Source: Oopsacas minuta
Lineage: Eukaryota; Animalia; Porifera
Assembly: GCA_024704765.1 (NCBI GenBank)
Contig: JAKMXF010000338.1
Location: forward strand, 163,234-227,233
DNA length: 64,000 nt
Direction of reading: 5' to 3'
Below the pieces are notes generated by a model. That model was not told the DNA's origin and did not search any database. It worked only from the letters and a program-made list of their open reading frames with translations. Each line of letters starts with the position of its first letter. Positions within the stretch are counted from its first letter, which is position 1. Position numbers and translations under genes: made by a program. Below, in pieces: positions 38,529 to 48,308 of this stretch.

Positions 38529-39440
38529 GGTGTCTTGCCGCAAATTTGGTCATTTTTTAGGCATATTTGTTTAATTGAGTTTATTGTTTGGAAACATACT
38601 CACATGTATTGTTATCATTCCTACATTGAAATTTTTCAAATCCGAGCATTATTGTGTGAGTTATAAAACAATTTGTGTCGACATCTTCTAAAATAGCCAT
38701 TTTTTCAAAAATTATATATTTGATCCTAAGTTATTGTTAATTCATGCGTTTACTCTTTTGTGTAAAAATGACGCAGAATCAGATTCATCATTTCCTGCGG
38801 GCTTTAAAAAAAGCCAGCTCGCTACGAAGCATCTCAGAACCTGCGTCGGTCACTTTCCTCACGAAAGTTCGCAATGCATACGCATCATATTGACATTGGG
38901 CGGAAGAACTCCACCAAAATAATGCCCACTGTATACGTAGATCATTGGCCTTGACCCTCTTAGCACGTGGAATGGGCCGCATTTAACGTCGCGATCGTCG
39001 CCCCCTTGCAAAGCGTTTCCATTATGCAAAGAGGCGAGCGACCTGCTCACGTTCATGTTTCTCCCTTTTCACGTCTCCGAGAATCTTGATTAAGGCCTCC
39101 TGATTCTGAGAGTGCTGAGCGATAGAAATAAAATTTTTGAGTTCTTGAATTTATGACATTACTCGTTATGCTATTGCTATATACGATACATTTTATATGA
39201 TACTTTCTTAGAGAATATGCATAACAGAGTATGTGCATACTCGTATATACGTAATTTCTACTACTTGGGTGGTATAAACACCATGTTATAGCTTTACTTA
39301 GATGCAATAGTGAATGTATTTTTAGCTCAAATAATATCTTTTACACTTACAATACTTAGTATTATACAATATTTTTTTGCTCCTTTTGACCTTTCTATCA
39401 GAGATGTACAGAACTGGACAGTGGGCTGATTGATCACATG
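38529..39440 (+). mobile_element. ~0.9-kb element with Kolobok-like TTAA|GG terminus; inverted twin of 31336-32230
   Basis: TTAA|GGTGTCTTGCCGCAAAT; the small ORFs differ from the twin by at most one residue each. Confidence 0.75.
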
Positions 39441-39599
39441 TCATGTTTGTTGCATGTAGAGTGTATTATGTTGCCCCCAACACAACTAGTGTAATCCAAC
39501 CTTGCGAATGTGGTATTATTATGAATCTCAGGACATTTACCAAAAGAGTGTTATGGCGTATGTTTTAGATCTGCTCGCGGATGGGAAATTGACCGGAGA

Positions 39600-40129
39600 A
39601 AAAATGTCTTAGGCGATTGATGTCAAACAAGCTATAGTATGGATTGCACTTGCATGGAGACAAGTGAAGTCACAGACTATTGTTAATTGCTTCCCAAAGG
39701 CATTTGGAACACTTTCATTCGCTAGCACCGAAATCACTTCTGAAGTCAATTCCAATATTGAAGATTGTGAGCTTCCGCTGCCCCCCAGAAGTACTTGATG
39801 ATGATTTTTCTAACTATGTCAATGTTGTTTCAGATGAGCTGACTATGGGAGAATTGACAATAGATGATGCTATAGAAATAGTATCTGTCAACAACAAGGG
39901 TGATGATAATTATCTTGAGATCATTGGAAGTGACACTGAAGATGAATCTGATATTCCTGTTCCCTCTACGTCAGAAATGAAAAAAATGATTCAGAAGATG
40001 AGAACATTCATATCTCACCACAACCTCGATTTCCAAGGTACAATTCTCTCAAAATTTGAAGATGGGGTACTCATTGTAGAAACTGAATTGATAAAGCAAA
40101 CAACACTGAATATGTTTTATAGGAAGTAG
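39600..40129 (+). pseudogene. Pogo-type transposase C-terminal fragment
   Basis: AIDVKQAIVWIALAWRQVKSQTIVNCF, then an acidic tail ending KQTTLNMFYRK. Confidence 0.7.
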
Positions 40130-40419
40130 AACGTTACTTATTTACTTGCACTTTGACATTTGTTTTCATCGTATTCCTCTTCAATACTCTTTTTGGTATT
40201 GTTTACTATTGTCCTAAATCGAAGTTAAATCATCTCACACACGGAATGTAAATTTAACTTATAAAATTGATACGGTTATAGTGATATCGTTTTATTGGAT
40301 ATAGTGATGTACAGATATAGTGACAATATGGATATAGTGACAATAGTTATAGTGATAATGGATATAGTGATATATGGATTTAGTGATATATGGATATAGT
40401 GATAATTTAGACAAAAATT

Positions 40420-40800
40420 ATGTGTCCCACCATTATCACTATATCCATTATATACTGTACTAAGCACAATTTGATGAATACATTCATCAATTCTCCCCAA
40501 TATCACGTCAACGTTGTGAAGCGATCTGGTCAGGTAAATGAACAACAATTACATGATACTATAGATACCGTCTCCGTACCAAATGGGTGGGGCACAGATG
40601 TTGAATTAACCATGCTCGGTGCTATCGCTGGAGTTGATATATTTGTAGCTGATTGTGTAAATAGAAATACTTTAACCATTTGTCTAAATCACCTATTAGG
40701 CACTCTTATGAATTGTAATCTGATTTTTGAAGGACAAAAATTGTGTATATTATATCACAATCTTAGCGAAATAGTAGACAATGAACATTTTGAAACAATA
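40420..40800 (+). pseudogene. Possible OTU-like protease fragment
   Basis: GWGTDVELTMLGAIAGVDIFV resembles the WG...E helix of OTU domains; the catalytic Cys segment is not seen. Confidence 0.35.
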
Positions 40801-40802
40801 TA

Positions 40803-41716
40803 CAGTCAGAGGACAAAAATATTCGAACATACAAATGTATTGACATAAATTGTACTCTTTCCTGCTCCTATATATTGTATTATCTATATTCGAGGCTGCT
40901 ATCTAATAATTTGTGTAGAATAATATATGTTCTTCAAGAATTCAAAAAAATATTTCAATTTACGACTTTTTGAAGGTGTTAATTATTAATAATCATTGAA
41001 TAATTATTGATAATCAAAATATGTGGTAACTCAAAACCTATTAATAATCTATAATTTCTGACTTGATATTTGAATTCTACGTAGGTGAGTTACCCCAGGT
41101 TGAAATTTCCAATCGGATTGAACAATCTTGACCAAAGTTATAAAAGAATTTCAATTTGTCCTACTTGTGCCACTTTTTTCAAAAAGTGGCACAGGTGGCA
41201 GGAAAAAGCGCCACTTCAAGGAAATCGACAAGGGTGGAGGAATAAGTCGAAGTAACATTTTCGAAAGATATGACTATGTTAACCCTTGAATTACAAAATA
41301 ACCTCTTGGGAGCGGCCACTTGTGCCACCTTGGGCAAAACTTGACACAAATGGCACAAATTGAAATTCATCTATAGCTCTGTTAAAAATTGTTTAATCCG
41401 ATTGGAAATTTCAATCTGGGGTAACTCGCCTACGTAGAATTCAAATATCAAGTCAAGTCAGAATTTATGGATTATTAATAGGCTTTGAATTACCACATAT
41501 TTTGAATATCAATAATTATCTAATAATTATTCACAATTGACACCTTCAAGTGTAAATTGAAAATATTTTTTTGAAATTCTTGAAAAACATATGTTATCCT
41601 ATACAATTTACTAGATAGCAGCTACGAATATAGACTACACAATATATAGGAGCGGGAAAGAGTGTACAATTTATGACAATATATTTGTGTGTTCGAATAC
41701 TTTTGTCCCCAGGCTG
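40803..41716. mobile_element. Foldback MITE (Tc1/mariner-type ends) with ~355-bp inverted arms
   Basis: TA|CAGTCAGAGGACAAAAATATTCGAACA versus the reverse complement of the right end, CAGCCTGGGGACAAAAGTATTCGAACA|TA. The arms pair inward to ~41159/41355. Confidence 0.9.
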
Positions 41717-42020
41717 TACTTTTAGCATTTTTACCTGATTCCACAAACACAATACTATAAATTCCTTTTACACTCATAGGACAACATCCGACAAAATTGT
41801 GGAGTTCACTAAAATACACAATAAAAGAATACCTAAACCTAGTTGAATTATTCTCAAAAATGAATTTTAAAAACTGCTATTTTTATTGGTTGCGCTTTTC
41901 ACTTGGATTAGTCATTACACATGCTGAGGATTTTCATACGGTGTCATAGGGAGAATGGGGGCGCTGCTTTAGTTCGAATTTTGAGGTTGTCATTAGCCAG
42001 CATTTTACATATTGTAAAAA

Positions 42021-42420
42021 CTGGGCTGGGGTTGGTTAACCGATTGAGAAGGCGTTTAAAACCGTTTCGATAACAGCAGTTAACCGGTTAACCATCGTAT
42101 TTATTCTTCACATAACCAGTAATGTTTTATGGCTAAAATTGTTACTATCAATGCATAGCCATTATATGTACAATCGTTATGCGATGTTATCATTTGAAAC
42201 TATTGAAATTTTGAGAACACTGATCTAAAATCTAACATCTCATAAATGCAAAACTCACAAAATTCGTGTATAATAATTTTCGTATCTCTCAAACGCTTAG
42301 GAACAGTAAACACTTTGGTTGAAATGACACTTTTCGGTCAGCCGAATATATTTTATGCTAGCAGTTAACTGGTATATAGTGACGGTTAATCGGTTATCTG
42401 GCTAACCGAATCCAGCTCTG
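42021..42420. mobile_element. Decayed hAT-like MITE with GGTTAACC motifs
   Basis: Ends CTGGGCTGGGGTTGGTTAACCG versus reverse complement CAGAGCTGGATTCGGTTAGCC; TSD not convincing. Confidence 0.5.
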
Positions 42421-43517
42421 GTAACAAGTTTGAATCAATATAATGTATAATTTGAACTATTGAATTGAGGTTTGTAATCAAATATTGGTTTATAATACAT
42501 GATACTGAGAAAACAGATGAAAATACTAGTAAGACATAATATATGGTTAGGCAGTGAAGATTTGGAATCAATCTTATATGACCGAATCCAGTTAGACAAG
42601 GTTGTCCTAACTCTTCAATCCTTTCGCTAAAACAAAAACAGCATACAGCATGTCTACAAGGAATGAAAAGGCATGTGGTTGTACGGGTTAAGGAGATCGC
42701 CCCTCAAAAAATGAACTTCACCTTTGAACTTAACTAATGTTGGATTTGGATAGGATACTAGTATTGCTCAAATTAAGTCAATGGGACCGTCATCGTACAA
42801 TGAATATATTTTGAGATTTACCATGTTGAAGCATGAAAAGTGTATTAATCCATAGTATGGTTACCCAGAGATAACTACACTACAATAATATGGAAGTTGT
42901 TTTGACTGGTTTACAATGTTTACAATGTCTATGACTCTTGCATAGCGAAGAGTTTTTGTTCGATTTCTTTATCAAAAAAATTCTTTGTGACTTAGAATCT
43001 ATGACGTCATAAATCCATGACAATTTGTGTTCAAATTTCATAAAACTTTTTCACTGATTAAAAAACTTACAAATCGGCTTCAAGTGCTTGGTGAGATGAG
43101 GATTTGGAGTCTTTTTTACTACACAAGTCCAGTTCAAATATTTCTATATTTTTACTCATGCCTGGGCAACCGAGTCTCTTTTTTTCAAATTTCACTCAAT
43201 TTTTGTTCGTTTTACACTGTATTTATATGTCAACATGGTTACTTTGATGCATTAGTCGTAAAATGTCAAAATATCCCAATAAATGAGGAAGCACACTATC
43301 TCCCAGTCTCTTAGATGGTACTTTTTACCCAAGTATTTTGAAGGTAAATCTCATTTTTAAGGATTATCTGATATTTTTCAGAAATTTTTGACAATATACA
43401 TTCAATGATTTCCTCGTAATAAACTGCATCAGTATATTAATTTTTCATATTACGTATAAAATAGTTGTATAAAACTATTGTTATGTTCAAATATATTGTT
43501 AGTACATAATAAAAAGT

Positions 43518-44194
43518 TCAATTTTCGCAGAATTTGTCGGGCCTTCTCAATTTGGATTTGGCCCTGAGTCCACCATGGTTCTCAAATGTTTGAGTGTCCA
43601 CGTTTCTTCTCTCAACTCCTACTGTCTGGATCTCAGTGGAAACACTAGTCTGGGATCCTAACAACTTGGAAGACAACGTAGTTGTCTCCAGATTAGTACT
43701 CCTCTGGTTCTCTTCTAATTTCTTCAATGTATCCAAGATCTCATACTGGCTGAAATTCATTTGATCTTGTCTCTCCTTCATTTTCCATTGATTCACAGCT
43801 AGTTGGTCCATTTTATCGACAACATCTTCTACAGCTTGCTGAGTTAAACGACTACTGGATACCATACTATGATACATAGCCTCCATCCTTGGTATCACCC
43901 CGATTATCTGCTTATAATCGTCTGACTGTAAGCCTCCTAAATCATTCGAGTATGACTGTACTGTAATGGTATTACACAAAGTGTAATCAGCTGAACAGTA
44001 TTCTCAGTCGCGCTACAATTGGGCAGCTCTTCATCAATACAGATCGTTTTTGTAGTCACTGTTAAACAATCAGCAATGCCATCATCTTGTTTTTGTGGAG
44101 GGTTCTCGTTATTGGGATGTTCAATTGTAAACAAACAGGGTAAGAAACGTTTCGCCATTGTGAGCAGAGCCTTCAGTAAGTATTTATCAAACAT
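43518..44194 (-). CDS. Second ORF inside the Kolobok-type element (two overlapping frames, coiled-coil-like), unknown product
   Basis: ORFs 43937-44194 (85 aa) and 43518-43979 (153 aa) overlap by 43 nt, on the same strand and downstream of the transposase. Confidence 0.5.
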
Positions 44195-44355
44195 AAATAA
44201 CTAACACATTAGTCGAACTGTGAGAGAAATTCAAACATAATTGTGTACAAATTATGATACATATTACTATCTCAGATATATACATATAAAATGAAGATAG
44301 GTCAGGATAAACTAAGGACAATTTCTGGACAAACTACAATATCCATCAACATTCG

Positions 44356-46917
44356 TCAACACTTGTCACATCTCCACTCGTCTTCTTCGTAATCGTCATT
44401 CTCATCCAAACCCACACAAATATAATGATACCAGGCACTACATGGATCACACATTATCCATTTTAACAATTCACTATGAACAAATATGTTTAGTTCATCT
44501 ATTATCCCATCTTCCTCCCCCCTCCCACAAATTCCACACTTTTCAACATCTGTCTGGGATGTTGGAACTACGGGAACCTCTGATATTATTTCGGAAGGTA
44601 TAGGCTCGTCCACCGCTTCATCCTCAGGATTTTCAATATTAGAAAAACTAAATTTCCCACTTTCATACCCCTTACCAAATTGCCGAATACTTTGAGTACG
44701 TTTTCGCTGGCGCTTCAGACGGGTAGCAAATCGCTTATGTTGCGTTTCTTTTAATTTACCACTGGCCTCAACACGGTTCTTATCTAAATTAGATTGCAGT
44801 TCAATGATACCAGGATGAATTGTAACTCCCAACCTTTCCAAAATCCCTAAAACTGCCCTATATCCTTCATTATACCGAATCACGGCTAGAGCACTCCCTA
44901 ATTTCATTACAGATAAGCCAATCGCATCTGTCTTCCGCACCATTGAAAATAAAATATTATGAGCAGCCTCATTGTTATTACTGGTATGCGCATGCGCAAT
45001 TTTATTTACAAAGAATTCTGTATCATAGCGGTATTTTGAAAAAACAGCTTGTACCAACTCTACAGAGTCTGGACTCAAACATTTTGGGTGCTTAGGTGGG
45101 GTTTTGCCATGTGAAATGGAATTTTGATAGAGGCACCATGACCCCACCCCCTTAGGACAAAATTTGTGATTTGTTTCGGAATTAAATTCATTAGCCCCGA
45201 GATGTAAAGGGATAGCCCGAATTGATTGTAATATCAAATCGGGATTACCCAAACTTTGTCTAACAGCAAGTAGATAAAAAGATGTTATTCGGGAACACAT
45301 TTCATTCGTAAGAAATCGGATATCAGTAGAGTGACTCTTTACCTGAGGAACCTTTTTGGATTTTGAATCGATGTAAATAGCTTCCTCAGGACTTTCCCCC
45401 CATGGGCCCCGTGAAACATTTTTCCGCACTAATTGACCCTTGAATTGGGTGTGGACAAGTCTTTTTGCTTTCTGTGAATCCATCCCTTCCTTTTCAAGAT
45501 ATTTCAACTCAAATTTCTTGCTCGCTCGGGCCTGTTTTAGCTTATCCTTTTGGTGTTCTATCAAATGGCCCTTCATGCACTTCCCTACATGAGCTAGGCA
45601 CTCATATCTCTGGATGATATGTAGAGGAATAGTGCTTGCGTAGGGATTATGCTCGGTGACCTTGGCAAATGTTTTTGCGTCCCCATCGCAAACAAGACCA
45701 TCAAAAATAATGCCCCGTTCAAGTGCATGACTTATAATAGTAGGTGCTAGTTCGCTCTCAAGTGACACGGAAGCGTATTCACTAAACTTGGCGGGGCAGG
45801 TGAGCCTGTGGGAATCGACCAATTCGTCATATTCCAATTTCTCTATCTTATTTTGCTCTAACTGGTTGGCATATTGAGTGCATTTTGGACAGCTATTACA
45901 GGCCACATCATAAGCAAGAATTTTGCCTAAACTCATGGATATCACAGAGCCAAAACAATATCGAGAATGACCACCAGCTCCTCTGTTTGATCTTTTCTGG
46001 TACGCGCCATCGAAGGAACCAATTTCATGAACTAACCCCAGTTGATCCTGGCCAAATTTTAAAACTAAATCACTTGAGGCTCGCTTCATTGAATCATCAG
46101 CAATCGACTCCGCCACAATTAACAGATCTTTTTGCTTGTCAGCAAAAGGCCTAGGCGGGAGTCCAATGCCTATCATAGAGTGATAAATATCCAGCCCATA
46201 TTTTCCCACTCCGATGAGGCGACCAGCCAGGATGGTTTGGTAAACAGCATCATTCCGTTTCGTTACTAATCGATCATCAATTGAAATCCTTGAAGAAAAT
46301 TTACCAGATATAGTCCAAAAATCCCTGCCTGAACCACAAAAATCACAACGTAGGGTAAGACAATATGCAAAACAGCTACGAATACCTTTGTTCCAAATAG
46401 ACATATTACCGCTACGACATGCAGCACAAAGAGTACAATCAAATAACGAATTCAAAACAGAACTATCAATTACTAAATTTGACCTTAGCTTTGATACCTT
46501 CACTTCTTCTTCCTTCATGGAATGGTCTCTCACAGTAATATCAAAGGTAGGCAAACACGCCTTCTTCTGGAAATTAGTACCTAACTTTTCGGCTGCACTA
46601 GATGAAATACCAGGTAGTTCTAATGACAATTGCCCCTCAAATGATTTTTCACACCTTGATACCTGGGTGGATTTGAAAATATCCTTTTTTTGAGTGGGCT
46701 TAGTAAATTGAATACTTGCTCTCTTCGGAACTTTTGACTTGCGCATACCAAAAGCCCTCCTATATTTTCGTTTACGGGGCACGGAGGGTGTATCAACACC
46801 TGAGGTTGTAAGCCTAACCTCTTCCACTATTTGGGAGAGACCCATACATGGAAACTTACCTGTACTTGAACTGCTTCTGCAATCTTCTTCATCTGGAAAA
46901 TAAACTGGATCGGACAT
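44356..46917 (-). CDS. DDE transposase (Kolobok / 'Mutator-like' domain type) with C-terminal PHD finger, 853 aa
   Basis: CxxC...CxxC, SFDGAYQKR (D), CDGD (D), ECLAHV, HKFCP...SWC, TSNNNE (E); C4HC3 PHD CGIC...CDPCSAWYHYICV...CDKC. No stops. Confidence 0.9.
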   Translation of the reverse strand: MSDPVYFPDEEDCRSSSSTGKFPCMGLSQIVEEVRLTTSGVDTPSVPRKRKYRRAFGMRKSKVPKRASIQFTKPTQKKDIFKSTQVSRCEKSFEGQLSLELPGISSSAAEKLGTNFQKKACLPTFDITVRDHSMKEEEVKVSKLRSNLVIDSSVLNSLFDCTLCAACRSGNMSIWNKGIRSCFAYCLTLRCDFCGSGRDFWTISGKFSSRISIDDRLVTKRNDAVYQTILAGRLIGVGKYGLDIYHSMIGIGLPPRPFADKQKDLLIVAESIADDSMKRASSDLVLKFGQDQLGLVHEIGSFDGAYQKRSNRGAGGHSRYCFGSVISMSLGKILAYDVACNSCPKCTQYANQLEQNKIEKLEYDELVDSHRLTCPAKFSEYASVSLESELAPTIISHALERGIIFDGLVCDGDAKTFAKVTEHNPYASTIPLHIIQRYECLAHVGKCMKGHLIEHQKDKLKQARASKKFELKYLEKEGMDSQKAKRLVHTQFKGQLVRKNVSRGPWGESPEEAIYIDSKSKKVPQVKSHSTDIRFLTNEMCSRITSFYLLAVRQSLGNPDLILQSIRAIPLHLGANEFNSETNHKFCPKGVGSWCLYQNSISHGKTPPKHPKCLSPDSVELVQAVFSKYRYDTEFFVNKIAHAHTSNNNEAAHNILFSMVRKTDAIGLSVMKLGSALAVIRYNEGYRAVLGILERLGVTIHPGIIELQSNLDKNRVEASGKLKETQHKRFATRLKRQRKRTQSIRQFGKGYESGKFSFSNIENPEDEAVDEPIPSEIISEVPVVPTSQTDVEKCGICGRGEEDGIIDELNIFVHSELLKWIMCDPCSAWYHYICVGLDENDDYEEDEWRCDKC

Positions 46918-47817
46918 TTGTAGAAATAGAAATAGAGATAGGTAGATGTGTATTCAAAAGAAATATAGTGAAGCTACTCATAAAACGTAATATTAGTAAA
47001 ATGTGCTTGTGAAATAATAGCAAAAATTGCAAAAAAACAAATTTATGAAGTACAAAAGGACTGTGTTGAACTTGAACTCAGATCCTCGAAAAGAGTTATT
47101 ACTATTGTATTTAAATTTACATTCAGTTTTTCATCCAAAAATGAATAGAAAATTAAAAATATACTGAATTATAATAATTGACAAAATTTCGCAAAAATTG
47201 AAAATGTGATCTAACTTCATCTTGTGATAAGTCAATTAAAACTAGTGATCATTTGTTTATACTGGATTTTTAGACCCTTTGGACACTTCAGTATATATTT
47301 ATCCAAAAACATCACTTTTGAACGATCTCGAAAATTTTCGAAAATTTTGAGGGGCGATCACCTTAAGAGGCACACAGCAAATATACTTTCTGTATTATTA
47401 CTTATCTGATGCTCTTCTTTGGGCTGCTAAGAATCCTTCGAGATTAAAGCTTCAGTGGCTTCGAAGTTATCATAGTTTTTCCTATTGCTTGTAGAAACTC
47501 TCATGGTGAATACAGTCAATCAATTAATCTTCTTTGAATAAACTTCTTTGTTCATCATTTTTATGTGTTTCGTTTTCTTAGCCTACTTATTTCTTTTCCT
47601 TATCGTAAACGCCCAATTTCATTATCCGTATCCAGTATTATTTAGCGTTTTCATGAAACTCAATACCGGGGATGGCCAGTATATAATAGACTTGAGTATG
47701 GAATTTATACCCATTTCCCCAAATTTCCACATTGTCTATTTCTGGTCAGGAATGTAACGGAAAAACGTAGTTATAGACAAAAATGTTTACCATGTCAAGG
47801 AACCAGACTAGCCTTAG

Positions 47818-47930
47818 GGTGATTGCTCCTCAAATTTTAGGGAAATTTTCGAAATAGTTCAAAAGTGAGGTTTTTGCATTAACATATACTGAAGTGTCCA
47901 AAGGGTGTAAAAATCGAGGTTAACCCAGCG
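47818..47930 (+). mobile_element. Terminal fragment of a related Kolobok-type element, inverted relative to 47250-47362
   Basis: TTAG|GGTGATTGCTCCTCAAATTTT...AAAAGTGA...ATATACTGAAGTGTCCAAAGGG matches the reverse complement of 47250-47362. Confidence 0.75.
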
Positions 47931-47976
47931 GTAGCTATGTTGTTCCATTAGGAACCCCTGTCACGAAATTATGCCC

Positions 47977-48308
47977 AGACCCCATAGCCAACCGTAGTCT
48001 TCATATTGGGGTCTACAGAGACCCTATAGCCAACTATAATCTTCTAATTGGGGTCTACAGAGAACCCATAGCCAACAGTAATCTTCATATTGGGGTATAC
48101 AGAGACCCCATAGCCTACTATAATTTTCTAATAGGGGTCTACAGAGATCCCATAGCCAACAGTAGTCTTCTAATTGGGGTATACAGAGACCCCATAGACA
48201 ACTGTAATCTTCTCATTGTGGTCTACAGAGACCCCATAGACAACTGTAATCTTCTCATTGTGGTCTACAGAGACCCCATAGCCAACTGTAGTCTTCTAAT
48301 TGTGGTCC
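47977..48308. repeat. 42-bp minisatellite, ~8 copies
   Basis: ATAG(C/A)C recurs at 47984, 48026, 48068, 48110, 48152, 48194, 48236 and 48278. Confidence 0.95.

Larger units (their letters stand above)
42692..47362 (-). mobile_element. Kolobok-type DNA transposon, apparently full length (4671 bp)
   Basis: TIR GG(A/T)GATCGCCCCTCAAAA (18/19), TTAA on both sides (42688-42691 and 47363-47366), GG...CC termini. Confidence 0.85.

Noticed and set aside
31336-39440. One 8.1-kb element with 900-bp TIRs
   Set aside because: The transposon-like TTAA|RR termini are on the inner sides, the outer ends have no TSD, and the interior is a mix of unrelated TEs.
41161-41360. GTGGCAC motifs as Transib end fragments
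   Set aside because: They lack the terminal CACA of the heptamer and the following TIR sequence, so this is probably coincidence.
44486-46693. Plus-strand ORFs overlapping the Kolobok transposase, and similar short antisense ORFs over other transposases
   Set aside because: These are shadow frames of coding sequence with no independent motifs.
44356-46917. Host PHD-finger chromatin gene
   Set aside because: The ORF is intronless, has a DDE triad and lies inside TIRs with a TTAA TSD.
42692-47362. KolobokP-type long terminal direct repeats
   Set aside because: The ends are inverted and similar over ~19 bp only. The nearby copy at 47818 is inverted, not direct.
47977-48308. CRISPR array
   Set aside because: Units are contiguous 42-bp repeats with no unique spacers, there are no cas genes, and the context is eukaryotic.
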